From assembly GCA_002269645.1 (NCBI GenBank), contig NIVC01000660.1, positions 425,507 through 489,506 on the forward strand: a stretch of DNA of 64,000 bases, given 5' to 3'. Source of the DNA: Macrostomum lignano. Taxonomy: Eukaryota. Position numbers and translations under genes: made by a program. Each line of letters opens with the position of its first letter. Positions within the stretch are counted from its first letter, which is position 1. The notes under the pieces were generated by a model. The model had not been told where the DNA came from. It saw nothing but the letters and a program-made list of their open reading frames with translations, and ran no database searches. Positions 1-12,756 of the stretch are shown here, one piece after another.

Positions 1-39
1 TCAAGGGCCGGATTAAGAATCCAGCTTATGGCTGCTGTT

Positions 40-392
40 CAGATGAGAGTAGAAAGGAGAGGGAATAGATTATGAAAGACGAGAGAAGAGAGTGAGAGAG
101 AAGAGAGAGAGGGGATAGGGGAGAGAGGAGAGGAGACGGGAGAGAGGAGAGAAGGGAGAGGAGACAGGGGAGAGAGGAGACGGGAGAGAGATGAGGGGGG
201 GGAGAGGGGAGAGAGGAGAGAAGGGAAAGGGGAGAGGAGAGGAGAGGGGAGAGAGGAGAGGGGAGAGAGAGGAGAGAAGGGAGAGGAGAGGGGAGAGAGA
301 GGAGAGAAGGGAGAGGAGAGGGGAGAGAGGACGGAGAGAAGGGAGAGGGGAGAGGAGAGAAGGGAAAGGGGAAAGGAGAGAGGAGAGAGCCT
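40..392. repeat. GA-rich purine low-complexity/microsatellite tract
   Basis: Almost only G and A (gagag/ggaga units). Lies in the MTRR intron downstream of the 517-822 exon. Confidence 0.9.
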
Positions 393-516
393 ACGGAAAA
401 GGTTTCTCAGAGGATTTTTTGATTTTGTTGTAAGCTGTAGTGTCTGTTATTAAAGTTGTAAATTTCCTGACTTCCAAGACTTGGCGAACAACTGTTTATC
501 TTTAGGTCCAGCTCAC

Positions 517-3500
517 CCATTCTCAAGCAGCCGCTGTCGTCTCCAGTCCAGAAAAGCGCAGAGAGGCGCGCACCCAGTGCCCGGCCCGATCAGCAGCAGC
601 GGCCCATCGGTCATCTGCGATTCTGTCAGCCGAAAATTGCGATTCTCTCTGCCGTAGACTGGGATGCGAGCGCCCGGCGATAGGCGTCTCAGCCAGCCTG
701 TGGCCACGCCTTCACGACTAGCTGTGCGACCCGACTCAGCAGGGATGTATACCTCGCTAAAGTACAGTTTGACGGAGCTAGGCGAACCGTAGTTGGCTAG
801 GGAGTACGGCCGGGCCTGCAGTCTGGAGTGTTCGAGCGGCAGTTTGTGACCCGCCGATTCTGGGACGGGTTTTTGGCCGATTCTGGGACGGGTTTTTGAC
901 CGATTTTGGGACGGGTTTTTTGGCCGATTCTGGGACGGGTTTTTGGCCGATTCTGGGACGGGTTTTTGGCCGATTCTGGGACGGGTTTTTGGCCGATTCT
1001 GGGACGGGTTTTTGGCCGATCTTGGGACGGGTTTTTGACCGATTCTGGGACGGATTTTGGCCGATTCTGGGACGGGTTTTTGACCGATTCTGGGACGGGT
1101 TTTTGACCGGGAGGTTTTTTGGCCGGGACGGGTTTCTGGCCGATTCTGGGACGGGTTTTTTGGCCGATTCTGGGACGGGTTTTATGGCCGATTCTGAGAC
1201 AGGTTTTTTGTTTGATCTGGCTTGTGTCTGATTCTAGGACGGATTTGTGGGGGATTCTTGGACAGGTTCGTGTCCGATTTTTTCGTCCTAGATTTGAAGA
1301 GGGTATTGCTGATACATTCGGAGCGATTTTTCCATGACTGTGATGTTTTTTACTAATGAATTTTAAAATTCGAATATTAGGCTGTTTTCACTTGTGAACT
1401 TCAGGTGTTTTTTTAATCAAGAATCGAAAACCATTAATTATACAAATGAGGAACAAAGGAAAGCTCATAAATATCAGGTTGCATTCCATTAAACGGGCCT
1501 CACCTAGGCAGGTAGGGCAGCAGGTGATCCAGCGGCGGCCGGCAGGACGGGAAATGACGCAGCAGATCCAGTAGGGACAGCCGGGGCCCCAGCAACAGGC
1601 GAGTCTTGGCTTCGCTGGTTTGCCTGCGTTAATAAAAGTTCCAGGTGAGCGCAGGTGTTGACATCAGGGGAGATTCTCAATGTGAATCAGGGGGATTCTC
1701 AATGTGAATCAGGGGGATTCTCAATGTGAATCAGGGGGATTCTCAGTGTGAATCAGGGGGATTCTCAATGTGAATCAGGGGGATTCTCAATGTGAATCAG
1801 TGACGATTCTCAATGTGAATCAGTGACGATTCTCGATGTGAATCAGTGACGATTCTCAATGTGAATCAGTGACGATTCTCAATGTGAATCAGTGACGATT
1901 CTCAATGTGAATCAGTGACGATTCTCAATGTGAATCAGTGCCGATTGTCAATCAATGTGAATCAGTGCCGATTGTCAATCAATGTGAATCAGTGCCGATT
2001 GTCAATCAATGTGAATCAGTGCCGACTCTCTGTACTTGATTAACTAATAGAATAATGGATTCCATGCATAACTATCACATTGTCACCTGGCGCAAAGCTG
2101 CCGCAGCCGCAGGCGCTCCCGACGGTTCCCAGCATACTCTGCCAGCACCCGGCGCAGCAGATTGCTCGGTGGCTGTCGAATATCAACGTAGCGCAGCAGC
2201 AGGCTGGCCAGAGTCACCGGCCTGTCCGCAGGCGGCAGATGGTCTGGCGCCTTCTTGCCACCGCTGCAAACCAGTCGAACAACCCGACGGCCGTCGACGC
2301 CGAGACGGTGCAGCAGATCGTCGACCTCTTGGGGACAGTTGGCCGGGCAGAGCGAGATGGCATCGCCAGGCGCCAGACTGTGCGCCCAGGCTCCGGCGCC
2401 AGACACATCAAGACTAACGCGCCAGATTCGTTTTGGCGCCGCAGACGAAGATAACTCGTCTAGCGCTAATAGAGGCGCTAAATATGTGGCGCCGCCTCCG
2501 CCGATGGCACCGGGCGGTCGACCGAAAGCGCCGCCAGCGCCGCCGTCGCCGCACAACTCCGAATCGGCAGCATCGGCAGCATCAACAGTTACGGAAGCGG
2601 CTCCATCGTCAGCCGGATGATCAACCAGGCTGAGGTAGCGAGCCGGCAGCGGTGGGACAGCCAGGCTGGCCTCGTCTGGCCACGCAACACCCTCGAGATC
2701 ATCGCCGAAAACCTATAGGAACGCGAGCAGAGCAGAGGAAATCTTTGTGTCGGAATAATGGCTTGATAATGGTGTGGCTGCGGGGCAAAGCGTCTTCGCT
2801 CGCGCATCAACACCCACTTGGTTTGAATCCGCGGCCACATTAATTTGGGGCTTGTGTGCTCGAAAATTGACCGTGGAGGTTGTCGTGCGGTCATGCAGGC
2901 CCACCCTCCAAGGCATATGGAGATGTACATGCCTGACGATTGGGAAGTTTTAAGGGCTGCTGTACACCCTGTGTGAGTGCGTGCCTGCGAACAGTATTGG
3001 CGCTTGTGTGCCCAGGAGTCAGCGCAATGGGCAGAGTTGATTCATGCGAAGGGTGCACACAGACCTCCTGCAAGTATACTCTACAGCCAGTTTGCTCTAA
3101 ATGACCCTCGTTAGGAGTCGCATTCTTAAACGAGCACAATACATTGATTGGTTTCTGTACTTCGCTGAGCCAGGACGATAAGCCGTTCCTATTAGAGACA
3201 GGGGGCTGCGTGCATTCTGGCCCACTTCAAGCGACATTGGCACACAAGCGCTCGGATACGTACGCAGTCACACGCACAGGCACACACTCACACAGAAGTG
3301 TACAGCGGCCCTGACTTTATTTATCGTTAGGCATGTACACTTCACTGTGCCTTTGGGGTTGGCCAAGCCGGGATTCCATCCAATCCATATACTAAAAATG
3401 ACTGCACTTGGATTCGAGCCTGGACCGCTGGTACATCAGAGCGCCGCGCTGGACTACCAGGCTACGGGACAACCTGACAAAATTTCGTAGACAAACACTA

Positions 3501-4466
3501 CTTGGAAGACAAGTTCTATTTAACACACTTCACAAGACTCGATTCACATTCTTACCATGCTACTCTTCAGTAGGCGATCTCTTCCTAGACACAGAATAAT
3601 AAAAACTCAAATCGGAGTTCTTGACGCTAAAAGTATTTTCAGGGAAGGATTTTGAAGGAATAGACACATCGGGAAGTGACTGCGACCCTGGAAATGCACT
3701 TAGACAGACGATCACACGGAATGTTACAGCAGACCTGACTTTCTTCTCATGGCCCTAATGTCAAGAAGCCCTACATACTCATAGGCCGATGTTCGTGCAT
3801 TAGACCAAAACAATTGTAAGCAGCACTCACTGGGCCATCGTCGGAGTTATCGCAGCCAATGTCCGCATTGATATCAAGGGCACCAGATCCAGCACCTGTC
3901 AGACTAATACCAGCCATATTATCAACAATCTTAGCGTCGTCTTTAACGTCAGAAGCGGCATCGGCGGCAATCAAAGCATCCACAGCTGGCCAGAGTCGCT
4001 CTAGAAACGGTCCAACAGTGAGTTCCAAGCCGACCGCATCGTCAGCCAAAGCGGTTGGCAGAAACAGTTCGGCGCCCAACGATTTAAGCTTAGTCTCAAT
4101 GGTTTGCGGGCATTTGCCAAAGCTAGTGTAGTTGGTATCGCCCAGGCCTAGCAAAGAGAATCGAATATGGCTGTAGGCATCGGCTGGCAGATCCGACCGG
4201 CTCAGCAGGCGCACAAATTTAGCCGCATTATCCGGTGCGTCCCCATCGCCAGTGGATGAACACACTATGATAAGCCGACGGACAGTTGCTAGGTCTAACT
4301 GTTCGTTGCAGGTGCGCAGTTCAACGCGAATCTTCGGTCGAGTCTGCAACTCCGAAGCGATGTCCTCTGCGATGGCCTGCGCTTGGCCAGTCTGACTGCC
4401 GTAGAGAATGTGCCAGGTGGCCGGCATGACTTGTTTCAGTATGCGATAATTTCGCTTCCTTAGCAT
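517..4466 (-). CDS. MTRR: Methionine synthase reductase (diflavin reductase), 3'-partial, 4 exons visible
   Basis: Exons 3831-4466 (ATG at 4466, or 4427 for MPATW), 2087-2712, 1504-1623 and 517-822, all with GT-AG ends and compatible phases. Flavodoxin motifs ILYGSQTGQAQAIAE, CSSTGDGDAPDNA, LLGLGDTNY and ADDAVGLELTV. FAD-domain motif LLDLLRHFPSCRPPLDHLLPYLPR/LQARPYS and NAD(P) motif LLIGPGTGCAP. The ADDxVGLE and LDLLxxFPSC motifs favour MTRR over POR/NDOR1. Confidence 0.9.
853..1205. repeat. 23-bp intronic minisatellite (gccgattctgggacgggtttttg)
   Basis: About 14 tandem units inside MTRR intron 823-1503. Confidence 0.9.
1664..2028. repeat. 22-27-bp intronic minisatellite with palindromic core (gattctcaatgtgaatc)
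   Basis: About 15 tandem units in three successive variant blocks in MTRR intron 1624-2086. Confidence 0.9.
2770..3110 (+). mobile_element. tRNA-derived SINE, family X, diverged copy
   Basis: B-box-like ggtttgaatcc followed by body motifs (gtgtgctcgaaaatt, gtacatgcctgac, gtgcgtgcctgcgaacagtattggcgc) shared with the copies at 17150, 33110 and 62445. Confidence 0.6.
3150..3472 (-). mobile_element. tRNA-derived SINE, family X
   Basis: Minus strand starts tgtcccgTAGCCTGGTAG (A-box-like) then GGCTCGAATCC (B box). The body is the reverse complement of the family X motifs. Confidence 0.65.
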
Positions 4467-4500
4467 CAACGGCGTCAGGGTCTGCTTTCTGCACTGGGTG

Positions 4501-5352
4501 GGACTGACTGACTGACTGACAAGGGCTGACTGACTGACTGACTAACTGACTGACAAGGGCTGACTGACTGACTGACAAGGGCTGACTGACTGACTGACTG
4601 ACTAACTGACTGACTGTGTGACTGACTGACTGACTGACAAGGGCTGACTGACTGTGTGACTGACTGACTGACTGGCTGACTGACTGACTGACTGACTGGC
4701 TGACTGACTGACTGACTGACTGACTGGCTGACTGACTGCACTGAAGGGCTGACTGACTGTGTGACTGACTGACTGACTGTGTGACTGACTGACTGACTGA
4801 CTGACAAGGGCTGACTGACTGACTGGCTGGCTGACTGACTGACTGACTGACTGACTGACTGACTGACTGACTGGCTGACTGACTGCACTGAAGGGCTGAC
4901 TGACTGTGTGACTGACTGACTGACTGACTGACAAGGGCTGACTGACTGACTGACTGGCTGACTGACTGACTGACTGACTGACTGACTGGCTGACTGACTG
5001 ACTGACTGACTGGCTGACTGACTGCACTGAAGGGCTGACTGACTGTGTGACTGACTGACTGACTGACTGACAAGGGCTGACTGACTGCACTGAAGGGCTG
5101 ACTGACTGTGTGACTGACTGACTGACAAGGGCTGACTGACTGTGTGACTGACTGACTGACAAGGGCTGACTAACTGACTGACTGACTGACTGACAAGGGC
5201 TGACTAACTGACTGACTGACTGACTGACTGGCTGACTGGCTGACTGACTGACTGACTGACAAGGGCTGACTAACTGACTGGCTGACTGACTGACTGGCTG
5301 ACTGACTGACTGACTGGCTGACTGACTGACTGACTGACAAGGGCTGACTAAC
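4501..5352. repeat. (GACT)n / (TCAG)n microsatellite with recurring interruptions
   Basis: About 850 bp of gact units interrupted by caagg, gtgt and gcactgaagg. It explains the SQSV-type ORFs. Confidence 0.95.
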
Positions 5353-5969
5353 TAACCTAAAGTTATTTTTTAAAGGAAAAGCACTTAAGATTCATTTTGA
5401 TAATACAGCGATCAGCTCAGTACAGTGAATATTAAAGCCAAATAATAAATTGTATATAATAATTTTGCTTAAAATTACACATGCGTTCAAGGTTATACAC
5501 GCTAGACAATAAACTATAAAGTACAGCATGATACCTCATAATTCATTATTAACATACACTTATTAATAACAGACATTACTAAATGGAACTACCAGAATTA
5601 ATATTAGAAGATTCGCATACAGTTACGAAGCATAATAAAAATAGCCAAATTCTATTCAATATTATAATTCATACGTACGAGGTATATACAATAGCTATAA
5701 GATATATATAAGAATTTAAAATTTCGTAAACCTACAATAGAAGCAGACGAAAAGCAGACGAAATACAATTAATCAGATTTTCAAAGCAAAATATTTGCAA
5801 AATTGAATTTGCTTTTAAAAAACGAAAATTTGTCGAAGGCTTATGAATTTTTCGGGAATTAGACCTGCGCTGGTACATATACTCGTAATAAGCTATATTC
5901 CCAATACATAACGATCCCAGTTGCTAAGGGATGAAGTGGCGCAAAATGCAAGAGAAAATTCTAGGGATG

Positions 5970-6425
5970 GCTTATGAGCGATTCTATGAGTGGTTTATGA
6001 GTGATTCTTTGAGTGGTTTATGAGACATTCTAGGGGTGATTTATAGGCGACTGCAGGGGTGGTTTATGAGCAATTCTAGGGGTTGTTTATGAGCGATTTT
6101 TGGGGTGGTTTATGAGCGATTTTGAAGTGGTTTATGAGCGATTTTTGAGGTGGTTTATGAGCGATTTTGGAGTGGTCTATGAGCGATTATTGGGGTGCTT
6201 TATGAGCAATTCTTGGGGTGATTTATGAGCGATTCTAGGGGTTGTTTATGAGCGATTTTTGGGGTGGTTTATGAGCGATTTTGGAGTGGTTTATGAGCGA
6301 TTTTTGGGGTGGTTTATGAGCGATTTTGGAGTGGTTTATGAGCGATTTTTGGGGTGGTTTATGAGCGATTTTGGAGTGGTCTATGAGCGATTATTGGGGT
6401 GCTTTATGAGCGATTCTAAGGGTAG
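5970..6425. repeat. 22-23-bp minisatellite (ttatgagcgatttt...ggtggt)
   Basis: About 20 tandem units, more degenerate on the left. Confidence 0.85.
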
Positions 6426-6615
6426 TTTTGGGTGCTTAGAAAAGTTTTCCTGATCGAGCTAGGACCTAGGATCCTGTGAGTTCGAGGATGAGGATTAGAT
6501 CCAATTAACTGGGCAACCTTAAATTATGCAGAGGTTTGTAACTGGATCAAAACTTTCCGAGTCCTACCTGTCAAATCTAGATGCATGAGAATCTTATCCT
6601 ATTGAACACAATTCA

Positions 6616-8047
6616 CTAAAAGCCAACAGAACGCCGTGGCCGCATCAGCCAGCCCATAATCTTGAACAGGAAGTACAGCCCAATAGCCGGGTACAGCACC
6701 AGCTCCCGCCGTCTGCGCTGCTCATTCTCCGACTCTAGAGCTTCCAGTCGTTTCTGCAGCCGCAGCAGAGCCATGTTCAGATTGCCGCCAACCGGGGCGG
6801 CCCCAGTAGCCGAGGCGGCGACCAGGGCTCCGGGGTCGGAGGCGTCGCTGCCGCCGGGGTTGCGCTTACGCCTGGGCCTGTCGCTGGGGTTTCGATTTGG
6901 AAACACATCGATTGAAAAATGTGCGTGATTGATTTTTTCAAGCTATTGGAGAGAAGACGATCTGGGAGGCTGGCACAGCGACTGAGGATCTGGGAGGCTA
7001 GCCTAGCAACTGAGGATCTGGGAGGCTGGCCCAGCAACTGACACTCTGGAGAAGCTGGCCCAGCAACTGACACTCTGGGAGGCTTGACCAGCAACTGAGG
7101 ATCTGGGAGGCTGGCCCAGCAAATGACACTCTGGTAGGCTGGCCCAGCAACTGAGGATCTGAGAGGCTGGCCCAGCAAATGACACTCTGGTAGGCTAGCC
7201 CAGCAACTGAGGATCTGGGAGGCTGGCCCAGCAACTGAGGATCTGGAAGGCTGGCCCAGCAACTGAGGATCTGGGAGGCTGGCCCAGCAAATGACACTCT
7301 GGTAGGCTGGCCCAGCAACTGAGGATCTGAGAGGCTGGCCCAGCAAATGACACTCTGGTAGGCTAGCCCAGCAACTGAGGATCTGGGAGGCTGGCCCAGC
7401 GACTCAGAATCTGGGAGGCTGGGTCAGCAACTGAGGATCAGGGAGGCTGGCCCTATTGGCCCAGCAACTGGGGATCTAGGAGGCTGGCCCAGCAACTGGG
7501 AATCTGGGAGGCTGGCCCTAGTGGCCCAGCAACTGGGGATCTAGGAGGCTGGCCCAGCAACTGGGAATCTGGGAGGCTGGCCCTAGCGGCCCAGCAACTG
7601 GGGATCTAGGAGGCTGGCCCAGCAACTGGGAATCTGGGAGGCTGGAGGAGGACCCAAAACTGGCAAGAGTCCCAACCGAATGCAACAAAGCAGGCACCTC
7701 TCCGACTGCTCAGGCTGGATATCTGGGTAGCGCACCCGGTCCAGAGTGATGGTGTCGGGTGGCGACTCCACCGAGATGAGGTCGCCGGGCCTGACCTGGA
7801 TGCTGGGGTCCAGCGGATCGTAGCTCGGGTCACTGGCGTCCCCAGCCTCGCCAGTGGCCAGAATGCGATCCGGGATGCTCATGTCTACCACGATGCGGCT
7901 AAAACCGGAGCCCGGATAATCTGAGTCAACTCCGAATCCCTTAGACGAGGAGTCCAGCGCGCCCTGGGCGCCGATTCTCTCGGGAATGCGCATATCCCTG
8001 CTGACGTCCTCGGAGAACTTGTGACTTTCGTACAGATTGGAGCTCAT
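6616..8047 (-). CDS. MFF: Mitochondrial fission factor-like (Mff/Tango11 family)
   Basis: Exons 7698-8047 (acceptor at 8057-8058) and 6616-6883, in compatible phase. Two N-terminal repeats (DMRIPERI, DMSIPDRIL), an SPPDTITL motif, a coiled coil LQKRLEALESENEQRRRRELVLY and a C-terminal TM helix PAIGLYFLFKIMGWL match the Mff architecture. Confidence 0.8.
6960..7645. repeat. 28-bp intronic minisatellite (ctgggaggctggcccagcaactgaggat)
   Basis: About 24 units filling most of the MFF coding intron. Confidence 0.9.
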
Positions 8048-11000
8048 CTGGCTGTACTGTAAGAAAGTTACAAAACTCGCATCTGTATTTTAGATGCTTT
8101 GTTCTACTGTACTGAATGTAGAATATCGATATTTTCGGGTTTACTACAGATTGCCTGTCAACTTAAGCTCATAAAGTGGAGCCCGAGTAACCTATGTACA
8201 CAAATGATACGTCATTTTCGTCATTACATCACTTAAGTTGACAGGCCATACATATTTGTATAACTACATAACTACATATTTGTAGTTTGTATCCGATGAA
8301 AAGGGTACATGGGCCTAGAAGCGTCCCAGAGTAACTTGTGTCATCCTAGAGTTGACTCTAAAACAATGAGATGCCTTAGTAGAAGTCGACAAAAAGTCAT
8401 CAAAGAAATGCCTATGAGTCAATTTGAGGCATATATTCTCTGCAACTCTGAAATGACTTTGAGGCTATAGAGTCATTTGTAGTTGCCTCTAAAGTGCATC
8501 TGTATCCCTTTATGAATTAGAAACACACGTGTTGCATTTATAACCTTGTGTATTTTGTCTACTTTAGTTAAATACTAACACAATGACTCTTGGTAGACTC
8601 TTTTACATTTTTACAATTCATGTGATGCACTTATGACTCAACAGTTGCCTTTCTATCACTGTTGGCCATTGGCTCTTGTTACAAAAAACAAATTCAGTGG
8701 GGTTAGCAACTATAATAAGTATCTATGACTATAGTAGCTACAAATATGCCTATGAAAAGCAATTGCTCAAATGGCTGCAACTACAATAATATGGTAGTTT
8801 AAATATTTTCAAAAAAATTACCATAGTATTATTTTTAAATTTTGAATTTTTAGAAAAAATAAAAGTACTTCAAAATAGTAGCTAGCATAGATTAATAAGA
8901 AAGCAACATTGTATGACAAAATTGAGACAAGCAAGACAAAAATAGTATGCTAAAAACTTAAACTTTTTATTAAGCAAATAGCAGAAAAAAATGTTTTGCT
9001 ATATTTTGACTATTACCTATGGGTCCATGAGAATTGCCTGCAGTCTGCAGATGAATTGCTTGCAGGCAATTTGCACTGCCAGCAAATCTTGGTGAGAAAA
9101 CATAAATGCACAACCCCCTGATTTACACTGGCCATGCAATTTACTTTTTGACCAAAAATGTAACTTACCTGTGAAAGAAACACTGGAGCAAAAGTTAATG
9201 CAATTTTGGGTAAATGGTAGGCATAACTATGATTGCCTTATTAAGGTTAAATGTCTTATCAGATAATTAGTATTTTATCTATTCTTTTGGGTGGGCATTT
9301 TTGCAACTTACCCCTGGTCTCCCACAATTTATGGTGGCCAGATTGGCCAAGTTGGCTAGCAGTTGCACATATATATGGGAAAAGCTCAGTAGGCAAATCT
9401 CCTACTGGCAAATCTTAGTAGGCAATTTATTTGTAGGCAATTCTTGTGCTCTTAGTATCTATTCTATATTGTAAGTAGTAACTTAATTTTAAGAGGTATG
9501 ATAAAATGATAAAATATGATAATAGTTTTTTATAAAAATTTCAACTGTATTTTTTAATCTAAAGAGCATTTTGCTTTGTATAGGCCTAGCTTTGCTTTGT
9601 ATACAATTAAAATAGTTTTTTTTCTTGGGTTTAATTATTTAATGCTCATTGTTTTTTGGTCTTTTACTTCAATAAACTTCAAGTTTTTCTTTTTTAAGTT
9701 TTTATAAATTACAATACCAGGATGGAATTTTTGCTTAGGGGAAAGAAAATGTGCACACATTTTTGGAACATTGCGCAAGTGCACACGCCAGCTGTAAAAA
9801 TAATTAGTCATAATGCAATCATGGCCTTTATGCTAAAAATGAAATTTCTAGTTTTTCAATTCCATGTTGACATAACTTAAAAAATGTACTCCAAGTGTAA
9901 AGTAGCTCTTATTTATGTGAAAACTCCATTTCAGGGGTAAGACCCCCCAAAGGCAGAGAGCTTGTATCTAATATACCTGGCCAACAATAAAGGTTGTTTG
10001 ACAAAGCGTAAGCTAATCAAACGCACGCGTGCAGGTGTACACCTGCACTGTACATTACACTGAGGGGAGCAACTGAGCAGACCCACGCTACCACAGCTAC
10101 ATTTTTAGAGAAAATATTTTTTTTAAATTATAAAAGTTTCACTAAACTTTAAAGTAACTGTTTTTGCCAAAAACTGTTATTCCTTGTTTTACTTTTGTTT
10201 AAAAATTTTCTGGTATAAAAACAACCTAGACCATGAAAAGTAAGAAAACTTGAGTGCACATATGCTCCATAACCATGTTGTATACTTATAAAAGTCAAAT
10301 CCTGTCTATGATTCTGTGGCAAATAGCTTTTTGCATAAGTTTATATGATCAAGCGCGCATATACCTTCTTTGAGAGTGCACAAGTAGGCCCCTTTTCAGC
10401 ATACACAAATGTGTAACAACTTTTGTGCAAGAATTCCATCCTGGTTTTAATATTTTTTTCTAACTAGGCCTAATCTAGGCCCTAGTTTTTTTGAGAGTTT
10501 GCAAAATGGCTAGCAATGCCTTTTGCTAGTTATGACAAAATTGCATAAAGTTTATCAAAGTAAATATATATAGGTAGGCCCTAGGGCTAGGCATATGCCG
10601 CATATAGCTCCTGGCTTTCAATAAAAAATAAGCCACCATTGTTCATTATAAATATAAGCAAAATGCTAAGCCTATGCTAATGATAGAGAAACAAATCATT
10701 AGGCTTCAAGTATAGGTATAGCTATGTCTATATTCTAGTTATTGAAATTGGCTTTTGTCCTATAGTATAACATTTAGCCTATGAGTTGTCTTTAAACTAA
10801 AGCATTTAATATGCAGTCATAGGGCATATAGTCCCTAATGACAATGCCTAATTAGCTAATAGTATATAATAGGCATTCTAGGCCTACAATTTTGCATAAA
10901 TCAATATGAATTCATGAATTGTTATTTCAAGAGTTATATAATTATAAAGTTATCATAGGGTCTAAAATAATTATACTAATCAAGGGCCTAGGCCTACCTT

Positions 11001-11964
11001 GCCTTGGTTGGTTAGGCCTATAAAGATACTAAAATTGTATAAAGATACTTAGGGCATAGTCAAGCAAGACAAAACCAAAATATGAAATAAAACTGTTTTA
11101 GGCCTAGCCGCCTAGTAGGCCTAGGGCATAAAGCCATAATAATCATATATTTATAATAATCCTAGGCCTATTTCAATATTAGACCCAAACAATAAAGCTA
11201 GAAGCTAGGCGGCCTAGGCCTACTACTGACCACTGCGACTGATTTCGAGCAATCCAGCATTGGTAACAATATGGCAAGATGTTAATCATGGCCTAATAAT
11301 GCAACAGCAATAATTAGACTAACATGCGGCATGCGCATGATTAACAAAAAACATCAATTGACAATGTTGCCCACTGTTTCGATAGTAAAACTTGAAGCCC
11401 TAAGCTTGGCCCAACTCTACGTTGTTCATATAATTAAAGAGATTATATATAGCGACCTATACCGAATCCGAAATACTGCTTAAACGCTTGCTTACGCACC
11501 TTGACACACGGTTGCGGTGTCGGAATTTTTTCCAAGAATGGCTAAGGTTGGTATTGCAAATTTTCCGTAATTTAAGCAAATCCAGGGTCTAGTTTAAAAA
11601 ATATACCTCTTCGTCGTTAATTCTTTGGAACCTCAGTATAGTTGTCTTTTTGTAGTGGAGTGATGTCATTGCTTTTTACTATTATAACTGTCTGCATTTT
11701 TCATGTATATTCACTGCCATTTGCAGAGCTATATCATTCTAAAGCCTTATTAATTTTTTTAAGTTCTTCCATTCAAGCTACAAAAGGCATCCACAAGTAG
11801 AGTTTGGTGTTTTTTGGTGTCTCAAAGCTTTGGGCACGTCTTTTGCCAGTCGTGCTTCTACAAAACATGTACGCCTATGGTTTGAATGAAATCATTGAAG
11901 TGGGGTCAATCACAAAGTTTTAAAAGCGCCTGCATCCGAAACAACACCCTTTTATTACAGATAG

Positions 11965-12350
11965 CCGGCTGGAGCACCGCCCCTGCTGAGCGCTATTACT
12001 GCACCGGCGCCGTCAGATGCTGCTGGCCACTGCCTCCGGAGCCTGGCTGCATGCAGCTGTGCAACCCCCCCCCCGTTCCCTCAATCTGGCCCTCATCACG
12101 CTGCACCGGACGACCGAGCGCAACTGCGCCTTAATTGGTCAGGCCCGCACTGCATGCCACTCTGACTTGACTTGCTTGCTTCATCATGCACTGACTTTGC
12201 AGGTGCTTCACGCTGCTGACCCCTTAGGGTGCTGCTGCCTGCCACGTACTCCTTCCCGCCTGTTTAGCTCCCCAGAGGGGTCTCCTCTCTCCGCCGTCGC
12301 GTATTAATTAAATTTAAAATAAAATAAAATTAAAAAATTAAATTAAAAAG
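11965..12350 (+). mobile_element. Degenerate 3' end of an RTE-like non-LTR retrotransposon
   Basis: Joining frames gives HRRRQMLL/AGHCLRS...LNLALITL...GQART, resembling the RTE post-RT motif RRxLxxAGHxxR. An A-rich tail follows (aaaataaaataaaat). Confidence 0.5.
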
Positions 12351-12436
12351 TACGTACGTCCGGAATAAACTTCCAGGATTGTGAGCTGCATGGGCATGCA
12401 AGTTGTGGGGCATTGATTTCAGCCAGCAGCAATATT

Positions 12437-12756
12437 CAGGCGCGTCGCCACCCAGGGGGGGGGGGACAGGAGGAACATGTCCCTCCACGGCCCCAGTAAA
12501 AGCTATGGGGGGAGACATGCCAGTGCTTTGTCCCCCCCACCCCACCTTGTGACTGGTTGTGGTAGTCAATGATTTTTCTTCAGGGCGCCAAAATAGCGCC
12601 TGCGGCGCTAAGATGAGTGCCTGCGGCACTAAAATGAGTGCTGACAACAGATTCTGAAAATAATGTACATGTAGGAATTTACTCATGTACATGTACACGT
12701 AGAGAATTCTTGGCTTTGTCCCCCCCACCATAAAATCCATCATGGTGACGCCCCTG
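12437..12756 (-). mobile_element. hAT-type MITE, short form with about 3 units of the 21-bp repeat
   Basis: Ends caggcgcgtcgcca ... tggtgacgcccctg match the family at 22639. Flanks differ and show a degenerate TSD (gcaatatt / gtgatatt), so this is an independent insertion. Confidence 0.75.

Noticed and set aside
191-433. 80-aa Arg/Glu/Gly ORF
   Set aside because: Translation of the GA-rich tract.
853-870. Minisatellite unit appearing to supply the MTRR splice acceptor (cccag at 860-861)
   Set aside because: The upstream exon ends YLPR, which requires the acceptor at 823-824 to give LQARPYS. The repeat is purely intronic.
1664-2028. Palindromic short direct repeats resembling a CRISPR array
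   Set aside because: There are no unique spacers and no cas genes, and it sits in a spliceosomal intron.
4321-5162. Ser/Gln/Val-rich ORFs
   Set aside because: These are translations of the (TCAG)n microsatellite.
10021-10047. 18-bp perfect palindrome tgcaggtgtacacctgca
   Set aside because: An isolated occurrence with no context to support a function.
11496-11545. Possible non-coding first exon of MFF (donor gtaag at 11491-11495)
   Set aside because: Supported only by a donor-like word; needs transcript data.
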